Assembly (NCBI GenBank): GCA_045652345.1
Contig: JAZRUE010000051.1
Location: 2,506-66,505, forward strand
Direction of reading: 5' to 3'
Source of the DNA: Faecousia sp.
Lineage (GTDB): Bacteria > Bacillota > Clostridia > Oscillospirales > Oscillospiraceae
DNA length: 64,000 nt
In this document: one piece after another, positions 47,644-55,898 of the stretch
Numbering within the stretch: position 1 is the stretch's first letter
Layout of the letters: each line of letters starts with the position of its first letter
The notes under the pieces: generated by a model
Databases searched by the model: none
What the model was told of the DNA's origin: nothing
The model's input: only the letters and a program-made list of their open reading frames with translations
Position numbers and translations under genes: made by a program

Positions 47644-47788
47644 AAAAATCGCCCTTTCTTTTTTCGTATATTTGCGTTATTATATATTATATAAAGAAAT
47701 GGCGCAATGAATGGCGATATAGTTGAGAAATAATCATATTTTCATTCAAATATAATCGCAAACGAAACAAAACGAAAGAGGTGCTGAG

Positions 47789-48487
47789 ATGTATAATTTA
47801 GAGCGGCAGAGAGAAATTTTGGAGATTTTAGAGCATCACAAAAGTATTAGTGTCAATTCTTTGGCGCAAATGCTTTATGTAAGCCACCCCACAGTCCGCA
47901 GAGACCTGACCATTTTAGAGGAACAGGGCAAAGTACACAGAACCCACGGCGGCGTGGTGCTGCGCAAAGCCTCCGATTCGGAGATCCCCTTGATGTTCCG
48001 GGAAGACCAGAACAACGCCGCCAAACGCATCATAGCCGAAAAAGCCGCACCTCTGATCCATGACGGGGATGTGATCTTTTTGGATGCATCCTCCACTGCT
48101 TCCTATTTGATTCCGCATTTGGAAAGGCTGAAGGATATCGTTGTCATCACCAACGGCCCAAAAACCTCCATCGCCCTTGGGGAAAAGAAAATCAAGAATT
48201 ACTGCACCGGTGGCTTGCTTTTGATGCATTCCATGGCCTATGTGGGAACCGAAACGGAGCGGTTCGTAGAAAGCATCAATGCAAATATTTGCTTCTTCTC
48301 CAGCAGAGGCTACACAGAAAACGGTATGATCACCGACTCTTCCGAGCGTGAGGTCTGCGCCAAAAAGGCTATGCTGCGAAATGCAGATCGCAGCTATTAT
48401 TTGGCAGACAGCAGCAAAATCGGCAAGAAGTTTGCCTACAACGTCTGCGCTGTGGATAAGGTTGACGGCATCATCGACGAACGGTAA
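47789..48487 (+). CDS. DeoR/GlpR family transcriptional regulator
   Basis: VS..TVRRDL..LE..G...RTHGG, IFLDASST and ADSSK motifs. Divergent from the catabolic operon. Confidence 0.93.
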   Translation: MYNLERQREILEILEHHKSISVNSLAQMLYVSHPTVRRDLTILEEQGKVHRTHGGVVLRKASDSEIPLMFREDQNNAAKRIIAEKAAPLIHDGDVIFLDASSTASYLIPHLERLKDIVVITNGPKTSIALGEKKIKNYCTGGLLLMHSMAYVGTETERFVESINANICFFSSRGYTENGMITDSSEREVCAKKAMLRNADRSYYLADSSKIGKKFAYNVCAVDKVDGIIDER

Positions 48488-48688
48488 TTATTGGAGCTTT
48501 TTCACCTGCACCTGGGAGTAGACCCGAGCGATATCCTCTGCTATGGGAGGCAAAGAGCCCTCCGTCAGGCAGGCCGCTGTGCCGTAAGCCACCGCATTTT
48601 GCAGACAAACGACGGCGTTTTCACCTTTCTGGGCTGCCGCAATAAAGCCTGCCAGGGAACTATCTCCGGCACCGAATTTATGGATCAT
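48488..48688 (-). pseudogene. C-terminal remnant of a PfkB-family (1-phosphofructokinase/tagatose-6-P kinase-like) kinase
   Basis: GAGDS.LAGF...AVA.G.AA motif only. The N-terminal ~240 aa are absent. Confidence 0.7.
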
Positions 48689-48809
48689 ATGTCGGCTAGC
48701 TCTTTGAAACTATCCAAACCCTTTCTGATTTTTTAAATATTTTCCCGAACGGGTGCTTCTGATGCATTGATGCCGGTGCAAACATTTTGTTTGCACCGGC
48801 ATTCATCTA

Positions 48810-49484
48810 TTATTCCAAAGCTCTTCGTAGTTTCTCCAAGGCTCGCTTTTCGATCCGGGATACATAGCTGCGGCTGATGCCGGTAACGTTGGCAACCTCC
48901 CGCTGCCGCAGGGGCTGCCCACCTCCCAGACCGTACCGCAAAAGAATCACCTGCCGCTCCTGCTCCGTCAGCACCCTATCCACTGCCAGGCAGACCTTTT
49001 TCCTGTCTTCTTTATTGCAGATGTTTTCCAGCAGATCCTCCCGATCACTCACCACATCCATCAGCTGCAGTGCCGCCCCATCGTTGCCGGTTTCAATATA
49101 ATCGGACAAAGATACATCCTGGGCAGTTTTCTTTTGTGCCCGGAAATACATCAGGATTTCGTTTTCCACACAGCGGGCGGCATAGGTGGCAAGCCTTGCC
49201 CCCTTGGTATAGTCAAAGGTGGTGATTCCCTTGATCAGACCAATGGTGCCAATGGAGATCAAATCCTCCTGCTCATCGGTCTGGGCGTAGTATTTCTTCA
49301 TAATATGGGCCACAAGCCGCAAATTCCGTTCAATCAGAATATTTCTGGCTTCCAGGTCACCCTGGGCAGCCAGCGTCAGGTATTTTTCTTCCTCCTGCCG
49401 GGTAAGGGGCTTTGGGAAACTCCCGGTGGAAAGCTGCAGGCCGTACAGTAGACCGCTCATCATCAGCCATACGGCGGCGATCAT
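48810..49484 (-). CDS. sigK: sporulation sigma factor pro-SigK (uninterrupted)
   Basis: Hydrophobic pro-sequence, SFPKPL, LIERNLRLVAHI.KKY, DLISIGTIGLIK, TYAARC.ENEILM and ISRSYVSRIEKRAL. Confidence 0.9.
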   Translation of the reverse strand: MIAAVWLMMSGLLYGLQLSTGSFPKPLTRQEEEKYLTLAAQGDLEARNILIERNLRLVAHIMKKYYAQTDEQEDLISIGTIGLIKGITTFDYTKGARLATYAARCVENEILMYFRAQKKTAQDVSLSDYIETGNDGAALQLMDVVSDREDLLENICNKEDRKKVCLAVDRVLTEQERQVILLRYGLGGGQPLRQREVANVTGISRSYVSRIEKRALEKLRRALE

Positions 49485-49585
49485 ACGCCTCACCTCCACC
49501 ATAACCCTATGACAGACTGCCCGTCCTTTTTCTCCAAAGAATACCCAAAAGCTGCTTATTCCTCTTTTGCTGCGGAGTAAATAAA

Positions 49586-50671
49586 GTGATTTGTCAAACT
49601 AAGTGCAACACTTTTTGAAGTTCAAGCTCCCAAAGGTATTGCGCTGAAACGAATTTAAGAACCTTACGAGGCCTGGCGTTAATCAACGCCAGGTTTCGTT
49701 TTAGTGTCGTCGGACTAACTCTGGACAGATTTCTTCCTTTGGGATAGAACTCTCTGAGCAGTCCATTGCTGTTCTCGTTGCTGCCTTTCTGCCAAGCACA
49801 GTAAGGATCAGCAAAATATACATCACAGTTTAGCTCCTGCTCTATTTCTGCCTAATTAGCAAACTCCGTCCCTCTGTCGCAGGTTATGGTTTTTACCAGT
49901 TCTGATGGAAACGCAGAGAGCGTTTGTATAATTGTCTTTGCCATAGTTGTTGCCTTCCGGTCAGGCATTTTTACAGCTATGTAGTAGCGTGTCTTTCTTT
50001 CGGCAAAGGTCGCAAAACACGCTTTGCTCTTTCCTTGTCCACTCACAACAGTATCTACTTCCCAGTGACCGGCTTCCTCACGGCGGTAAACGCTTTTATC
50101 CCGCTTTCGGATAGATTTGCCTTTGCTGAATTTACCTCGTGTTTCCTTTACTCCGTAGGATTTCCCCTTGCGGCGCAACACTTTTGTGTTTCCGTTAAGC
50201 AAATATCTGTCATAGAGCCAACGGTAGATCGTCCGCCAACTTGGCATAGGAAAGGGGGCCGGTGAGCTGGCGATCTGCTCTGGTGACCATGTGGCAAGCA
50301 ATTTTTCCTCAATGTAGGAAATAACCTCTCGAGAATGGAACATTCCTTTGTGGCAGTAGGAGCGGCGCAGAAGATACTTCTTCTGTGCAGTGTGGGGATA
50401 ATAGGTAGGAATGTCGTACATATGGGTACGGTCTCTGTTGATCTCTCTGCTGACCGTACTGGGGCTGCGACCGATTAACTGAGCAATTTTTCGATAACTT
50501 AACCCTTCTGTGTAATATTTTCGTATACAACTGCGCTCTTCTATGGTAAGATGGTGGTAGTTCATACAGATCTCCTTTCGGTGTAATGGTGTGTGGTAAC
50601 TCTATTCTACCAGAGATCTGTATGAACTTCTTCTATTTTTTACAAGTGTTGCACTTGATAGTATAATTCAC
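49586..50671 (-). mobile_element. IS30-family insertion sequence (1086 bp)
   Basis: 26-bp imperfect terminal IRs (GTGATTTGTCAAACTAAGTGCAACAC / GTGTTGCACTTGATAGTATAATTCAC). Lower GC than the flanks. Confidence 0.9.
49594..50565 (-). pseudogene. IS30 transposase with an in-frame TAG
   Basis: HTH, GHWEVDTV and TCDRGTEF. After the TAG at 49852-49854 the frame continues YFADPYCAWQKGSNENSNGLLREFYPKG...N.RPRK to a TGA at 49594. Confidence 0.88.
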
Positions 50672-50722
50672 CATATGTGAAAAGAGCCGCCCACCAGGGC
50701 GGCTCCCCCTATTGAATCGCTG

Positions 50723-51577
50723 TTAAATCGTGCCGGTGACGATCAGGGTGGCAATGCCGGGATTGGCAACGAATGCCCCGGTCTCCGGATCCTGGGTGTA
50801 GGTGGCAGCAGGCACTGTGATCCGGCCGGGAACGGTGGTAAACAGTCCCGTGGTCTCATCATAGTTGTACTGCACCCCTTCCGTCCAGGTGACGCCGTTG
50901 AATGTGACCACCAGATCGGTGAGAATGGGGTCAAAGGTGTCGGTAATGGCCGCATCATCGGTGGCTACAACCGGCTCGTTCCCGGTGTTCTGAATGACGA
51001 AGGTGTAGGTCACTCTGTCGTTGTCCACCACCTGGGTGGGGGTGATGGACTTGGTGATGGTCAGTTCTGCTTCCCCCTCTGCTGTTACGGTTTCCGTAGC
51101 GGTGACGGGCGTGTTGATGCCGTCACCGGTGACGCTCACCGTGTTGACGATAGCGCCTTCGGCAGTGGGATCGGCAAATTCGTTGGCACGGGCCTGATAT
51201 ACAAGCACCACATCTCCCCTGCCGGGAACATCGATGCCGCTAACCACCAAAGGCGGTCCTGCGGTCACCGCAGGCGCAGCCTGGGGAACGCCATCCACAA
51301 AGAGGGCGGCAGAGCCTTCTTCGTAGGTCAGCGGGTACACAGTCTGGCCTTCAAAGGTATAGGCGCCCAAATCGTCAGTCACCGTCAAATCCGTCAAAGG
51401 ATTGTTGCCGGTGTTCCGCAAGGTCACCACATAGGTCACAAGCTGGCCGGGGGCATAAACGCCCTCAATGGCAGTCTTGGTGGCCGCTACCGCATCCAAA
51501 ATCTCGCCAAAGGCGATGTTGGAGTTGGTGGTGTTGCCGTTGTAGGTCAGGGTCGCCTGATTGGAAAAAATAGCCAT
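50723..51577 (-). CDS. DUF11-like conserved-repeat protein (possibly spore-associated)
   Basis: Two Ig-like units (VTY.V...NTG.....V.D.L). No signal peptide. Confidence 0.6.
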   Translation of the reverse strand: MAIFSNQATLTYNGNTTNSNIAFGEILDAVAATKTAIEGVYAPGQLVTYVVTLRNTGNNPLTDLTVTDDLGAYTFEGQTVYPLTYEEGSAALFVDGVPQAAPAVTAGPPLVVSGIDVPGRGDVVLVYQARANEFADPTAEGAIVNTVSVTGDGINTPVTATETVTAEGEAELTITKSITPTQVVDNDRVTYTFVIQNTGNEPVVATDDAAITDTFDPILTDLVVTFNGVTWTEGVQYNYDETTGLFTTVPGRITVPAATYTQDPETGAFVANPGIATLIVTGTI

Positions 51578-51621
51578 AGTCTTCCTCCTGATAGGTTTAT
51601 TCCGGGTTTTCCCGGTGTCCC

Positions 51622-51649
51622 ATCCTATGCCTATTTTCCAAATTTTGAC
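51622..51649 (-). promoter_or_regulatory. putative mother-cell (SigE/SigK-type) promoter
   Basis: GTCAAA-N14-CATAGGAT. Confidence 0.4.
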
Positions 51650-51655
51650 ACCTTT

Positions 51656-52189
51656 TTACATTTGCAAACCGAATGTGCCGTCTTGTGGATCTTGAAAGAA
51701 AGGAATCTCCGGGGGCGCAAAGGTAAAAACTGTAAAAGCCGCCGCAATCAAAAGCAGACACCCAACCGCCACCCAGGATGGTAGGCGGCAGGCAACATTC
51801 TTTTGAAACAGCTTTGTTTCTGCCCAGTATCCCAAAGCGGCAGCAAGAAAGAAAAGGGTGATGTTAAACCAATCTGCATTGACCCCGGAAATACCCGTAT
51901 AGGTATAGTAGGCCACAGGAATGAAGGCCAGACTCAGCAGTATCCCGAGGAACTTGACCCACCAAAAGTGCCTCTTTTCTTTCCCCCAGGCAACATATTC
52001 TATGATGGCAAAGGCAACCATGGGATAGAACAGCAGCTTCATATGCTCCCAAATGGACTCATTCACCGCGGAAAAAAGGGCAACCGGAATACTGCCCCCG
52101 GTCCAGTCAAACAGAAAATGCAAAAGCGTTCCAAAGGCTCCCGTAAATACAAATCCAGCCATCTGCCACAACGGAATCTTCTTTTCCAT
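51656..52189 (-). CDS. membrane protein (DUF6512-like)
   Basis: GTLLHFLF.W...FSAVNESIWEHMKL motif and several TM helices. Confidence 0.65.
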   Translation of the reverse strand: MEKKIPLWQMAGFVFTGAFGTLLHFLFDWTGGSIPVALFSAVNESIWEHMKLLFYPMVAFAIIEYVAWGKEKRHFWWVKFLGILLSLAFIPVAYYTYTGISGVNADWFNITLFFLAAALGYWAETKLFQKNVACRLPSWVAVGCLLLIAAAFTVFTFAPPEIPFFQDPQDGTFGLQM

Positions 52190-52265
52190 ATACATCCCCC
52201 CATTGGGAATATATTGCCCCAAAAACGGAAAAATCCGTCTGCAGAAGCCCCGCAGACGGATTCTA

Positions 52266-52829
52266 TTATTCTTTTGGGCCGATTTGCAGCTGCTCTGCGT
52301 GGGCTTTCATAGCCTCCATGCAGATTTCCGCCACTGCCTTCACTTCCATGCCCAGCATTTCACAGCCCTTGCGGATCAGTTCCCGGTCGCACTTGGCGGC
52401 AAATTTCTTATCCTTGAATTTCTTCATAAGACTGCCGATCTCCATATCGGTGATGCCCAAAGGACGCATCCGGGCAGCAGCCTGGATAATGCCGGTGAGT
52501 TCGTCCACAGTGTAAAGGGCCTTTTCCATATTGGTTATGGGCTCCACATCGTTGCAGTGGCCGTAGCCGTGGGCCAAAATGCCCCGAACTTCCCATTCTT
52601 CCAGTCCCGCAGCCAGCAAAGGCTCCCGGGTGTGCTGCAAATGCTCCTGGGGATGCTGCTCATAATCGTAATCGTGAAGATACCCAATGGCAGTCCAGTG
52701 TTCTTCGTTCTCGCCAAAATGCTTGGCCAGGCCGCCCATAGCAAATGCCACATTCATGGCATGTAAGTATAGATGTTCTTCCGTTGTGGTGGTAGCCAAC
52801 AACTCCTTGGCTCTTTCTAATGTTAACAT
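52266..52829 (-). CDS. HD-domain hydrolase
   Basis: H..V...M, GYLHDYD, I.AH and DELTG motifs. Confidence 0.85.
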   Translation of the reverse strand: MLTLERAKELLATTTTEEHLYLHAMNVAFAMGGLAKHFGENEEHWTAIGYLHDYDYEQHPQEHLQHTREPLLAAGLEEWEVRGILAHGYGHCNDVEPITNMEKALYTVDELTGIIQAAARMRPLGITDMEIGSLMKKFKDKKFAAKCDRELIRKGCEMLGMEVKAVAEICMEAMKAHAEQLQIGPKE

Positions 52830-52855
52830 AGTATTCTCCCGGGTGGGCCGCACTT

Positions 52856-53518
52856 TTATTCTTTATTTTTTGGGTTTTCGGTGGGGACAGAGTTATCTGC
52901 CAGCAGGGCATCAAAGTCAAAGAAGTCCTCCTGGGTAAACAAATCCTGATTGCTCATTTCCGGCTCCTGCGCCTCCGGCTCCGGTTCCGGCTCCGGCTGA
53001 GGTGCAGGCTGCTCAGGCTCCTGCTCCGGCACATAAGACACATACTTCAAAAAGAAGAACCGTCTGCCCTTTCGCAGGTTGCCCTTCCGGTCAAACTGGA
53101 GGAAAATCACCAGTTCCACCGCAACGATGCTCACAACCAGGCAAACACCTTCTATAATCAGCCTGGAATACACGGAAGAAACTGCTTCCGGCAAATCCTG
53201 GGAAGCCATTACAATACACTGAATGATGGCCAGCAGCAGCAAAAGTCCGCCAACGCCCATAAACACAGCGCCGCTAACGAACTGGGTCACCCGCCAGGCA
53301 TAGGTGCTGCCCATGCCGAAATAGGTGCGATAGCCCACAGAACGGTTGACCTTTCTGGTAGGCCGGAAGAAACGCAGGGCACCCATCGCCACCATCAGGA
53401 TAGGAACCAGCAGCAGGAAAAGGCATAAATAGAAACGAATGTCTCCCAAGAACCCACCCATTTCCGGCAGCATATCACCGATGCCGAAATCGTCAGCAGG
53501 TGAAAACATTGTGATCAT
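52856..53518 (-). CDS. SdpI/YhfL-like membrane protein with acidic Pro/Glu tail
   Basis: N..VGYRT..G......W...Q motif, three TM helices and a PEPEPE tail. Confidence 0.55.
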   Translation of the reverse strand: MITMFSPADDFGIGDMLPEMGGFLGDIRFYLCLFLLLVPILMVAMGALRFFRPTRKVNRSVGYRTYFGMGSTYAWRVTQFVSGAVFMGVGGLLLLLAIIQCIVMASQDLPEAVSSVYSRLIIEGVCLVVSIVAVELVIFLQFDRKGNLRKGRRFFFLKYVSYVPEQEPEQPAPQPEPEPEPEAQEPEMSNQDLFTQEDFFDFDALLADNSVPTENPKNKE

Positions 53519-53973
53519 TACTGTTCCTCCAAGAACTTATTGATTTCCGAAATAAAACTCTGTACGTCCTGGAAACGACGGTACACAGATGCAAAACGGA
53601 TGTAGGCCACCTCGTCAAGGGGCTTGATGCGCTCCATAACCATCTGACCGATCCGGTCGGTGGTCACTTCCCGCTCCAAAGTATTTTGAATGGTCTGTTC
53701 GATCTCGGTGGTGATCCGGTCCAGATCCGCCATATCCACCTGCCGCTTATCGAAGGCACGAACCATGGAATTCATGATCTTATTCCGGTCAAAGCTCTGG
53801 TGAGAGCCGTCCCGCTTCACAACGATAACGGGCAAACTTTCCACGATTTCATAGGTGGTGAATCTTTTTTGGCAAACAAGGCATTCCCGACGGCGGCGAA
53901 TGCTGAGGCCGTCTTCACTGTGGCGGGAATCCACAACCTTGCTTTCCTGATCACCGCAAAAAGGACATCTCAT
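53518..53973 (-). CDS. nrdR: transcriptional repressor NrdR
   Basis: MRCPFC...SKVVDSR...RRRREC..C..RFTTYE, ATP cone and AYIRFASVYR. Confidence 0.97.
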   Translation of the reverse strand: MRCPFCGDQESKVVDSRHSEDGLSIRRRRECLVCQKRFTTYEIVESLPVIVVKRDGSHQSFDRNKIMNSMVRAFDKRQVDMADLDRITTEIEQTIQNTLEREVTTDRIGQMVMERIKPLDEVAYIRFASVYRRFQDVQSFISEINKFLEEQ

Positions 53974-54120
53974 ATGTTTGGTCCTCCCCTCTTTGATTCT
54001 ATTAGTATATCAGTATTTCCGGCCTATGTCCAGTATTTTTTGGGTTTCTGCCCTTTCTGCCTTGCCATTTTGGAAAAATTAGGGTAAAATAGCAATATCC
54101 TCAAGGGAAGGAGCGCCCCT

Positions 54121-54528
54121 ATGAAACAAAAACTGATCTATCTTCTTTGGCTATTCCTATATATTATCTGCGCAGGCCTTGGCACGTTGGAGGAGGAAAT
54201 CCTTTTGCTGCAACTGTTCCAGGGACTGTTCGCGGCGTTGTTCTATGTGCCGCCGGCGCTTTTGGTGGTGGAAGGGCTGAAAAAGCGGAAATATCTGATT
54301 CAGCTCCGGGTTCTCAGCATTTTGAGCCTGGTGCTGACCCTGGGCTTTATGATCGCCCAAATCGCCTCTGCCGCCTATGGCTCCGAAGCCGCAGGCACGA
54401 CCCTGAATCAGCTTTACATTTTGGTAGCAGCGCCTATGCATTGCCTACCCTATGGCTTTATCAGCATATTCCTCTGGGCTTGCCTGCTGGTTCTCACCTT
54501 CCCCCGCCTCTGGCGCGGAAAGAAATAA
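54121..54528 (+). CDS. hypothetical membrane protein
   Basis: RBS AAGGAG and four hydrophobic segments. Confidence 0.65.
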   Translation: MKQKLIYLLWLFLYIICAGLGTLEEEILLLQLFQGLFAALFYVPPALLVVEGLKKRKYLIQLRVLSILSLVLTLGFMIAQIASAAYGSEAAGTTLNQLYILVAAPMHCLPYGFISIFLWACLLVLTFPRLWRGKK

Positions 54529-54856
54529 CCGGATAATGTAGGGAACGGATCCATCCGTTCCCTTTTTCCGTTCCCCTGCTTTGTCCCCCAAAAACCTTCG
54601 CTGAAGGGAGCATATCCCTTGCAGCAGCAACTATCGCTTGCGAAGCAAACACCACACATTACAGCAAAATACACCCCAAAAAGGCCAAAAATGGCACTCT
54701 CCCCACAGTAGAGTTCTTTTACTCTCCTGTAGATATCACTCTACCGCCCTTTTTCTCTGGTCTGTAGGTGTTGTTTTTGCCCGTTTTGCGGTAAAATATC
54801 TAAAGAAAAAAGGGGGTCCCCCCTATTTTACCATTATCCGAAAAGGAGTACTCCAT

Positions 54857-55717
54857 ATGGCTTATCGTATCATCACAGATAACTGCTGTGACCTGCCTGA
54901 AAACATGTATAACGAGCTGGACCTGACCTATGTCCGCTTAACGGTGGATTTCAACGGCAAGTCCTATAATAACTACACCGAATCCTGGCTGAAGGATATG
55001 TACGCCGGCCTGCGCAAAGGCGCCCATACCCAGACCAGCGCCATTAACCCCGACGGTTGGAAATCCGTCATCGAGCCCACCCTGCAGCAAGGCCTGGACG
55101 CCCTTGTGCTGGTGTTCTCCCCCGGCCTGAGCACCACCTACCAGAGCGCCTGCATCGCAGCCGACGAGCTGCTGGAAGCCTACCCCGACCGCAAGGTGCT
55201 GGTTGTAGACACCCTCTGTGCTTCCCTGGGTCAGGGTCTGTTCGTCTACTACGCCTGCCAGCAGCGGGACAAGGGTCTTTCCCTGGAAGAACTGTACGAC
55301 TGGTGCCAGGAAAACAAACTGCACCTGTGCCACTGGTTCACCGTGGACGACCTGATGTACCTGAAGCGGGGCGGCCGGGTCAGCTCTGCTGCCGCTTTGG
55401 TTGGCACCATGCTGCAGATCAAGCCCATTCTCCACGTGGACGATGAGGGCCACCTGATCAATGTGGGTAAGGTCCGCGGCAGAAAGGCCTCTATCCAGGC
55501 TCTTGCCAAGAAAATGGGCGAAACCGCTCTCCCCGGTGAAAATGACACCGTGTTCATCTGCCACGGCGACTGCATTGAGGATGCTGAGTACCTTGCCGAA
55601 TTGGTAAAGGAAGCCTACGGCGTCAAAACCGTGCTGACCTACTATACCGGCGCCGTCATTGGCTCCCACTCCGGCCCCGGCACCCTGGCTCTGTTCTATT
55701 TAGGCACACACAGATAA
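54857..55717 (+). CDS. DegV family fatty-acid-binding protein
   Basis: IITD..CDL, TS, S.GLS.TY, L.YLKRGGR, L.IKP and IGSH.GPG motifs. Confidence 0.93.
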   Translation: MAYRIITDNCCDLPENMYNELDLTYVRLTVDFNGKSYNNYTESWLKDMYAGLRKGAHTQTSAINPDGWKSVIEPTLQQGLDALVLVFSPGLSTTYQSACIAADELLEAYPDRKVLVVDTLCASLGQGLFVYYACQQRDKGLSLEELYDWCQENKLHLCHWFTVDDLMYLKRGGRVSSAAALVGTMLQIKPILHVDDEGHLINVGKVRGRKASIQALAKKMGETALPGENDTVFICHGDCIEDAEYLAELVKEAYGVKTVLTYYTGAVIGSHSGPGTLALFYLGTHR

Positions 55718-55733
55718 CAAAGGTACTATGTCA

Positions 55734-55808
55734 ATAGCGGGCGATCGAAGATCGCCCCTACAAGACCATTTGGGTGCATCGTAGGGGCGAACTGCGTTCG
55801 CCCGCTAT
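55734..55808. repeat. REP doublet of the GTAGGGGCG type
   Basis: GCGGGCGATC-GAA-GATCGCCCCTAC ... GTAGGGGCGAAC-TGC-GTTCGCCCGC in inverted orientation. A related single copy GTAGGGAACGG...CCGTTCCC lies at 54538-54562. Confidence 0.75.
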
Positions 55809-55863
55809 ATTTCAATCCGTTGGCAAAGCCGACACAACAATTGTACATTATCCATTATCCATT

Positions 55864-55898
55864 AAAAAAGCACGCTTCCAAGGAAGCGTGCTTTTTTT
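55864..55898. terminator. bidirectional intrinsic terminator
   Basis: AAAAAAGCACGCTTCC-AA-GGAAGCGTGCTTTTTT between convergent genes. Confidence 0.75.

Noticed and set aside
48810-49484. skin-like element interrupting sigK
   Set aside because: The sigK frame is continuous, the IS30 lies upstream, and no recombinase gene is present.
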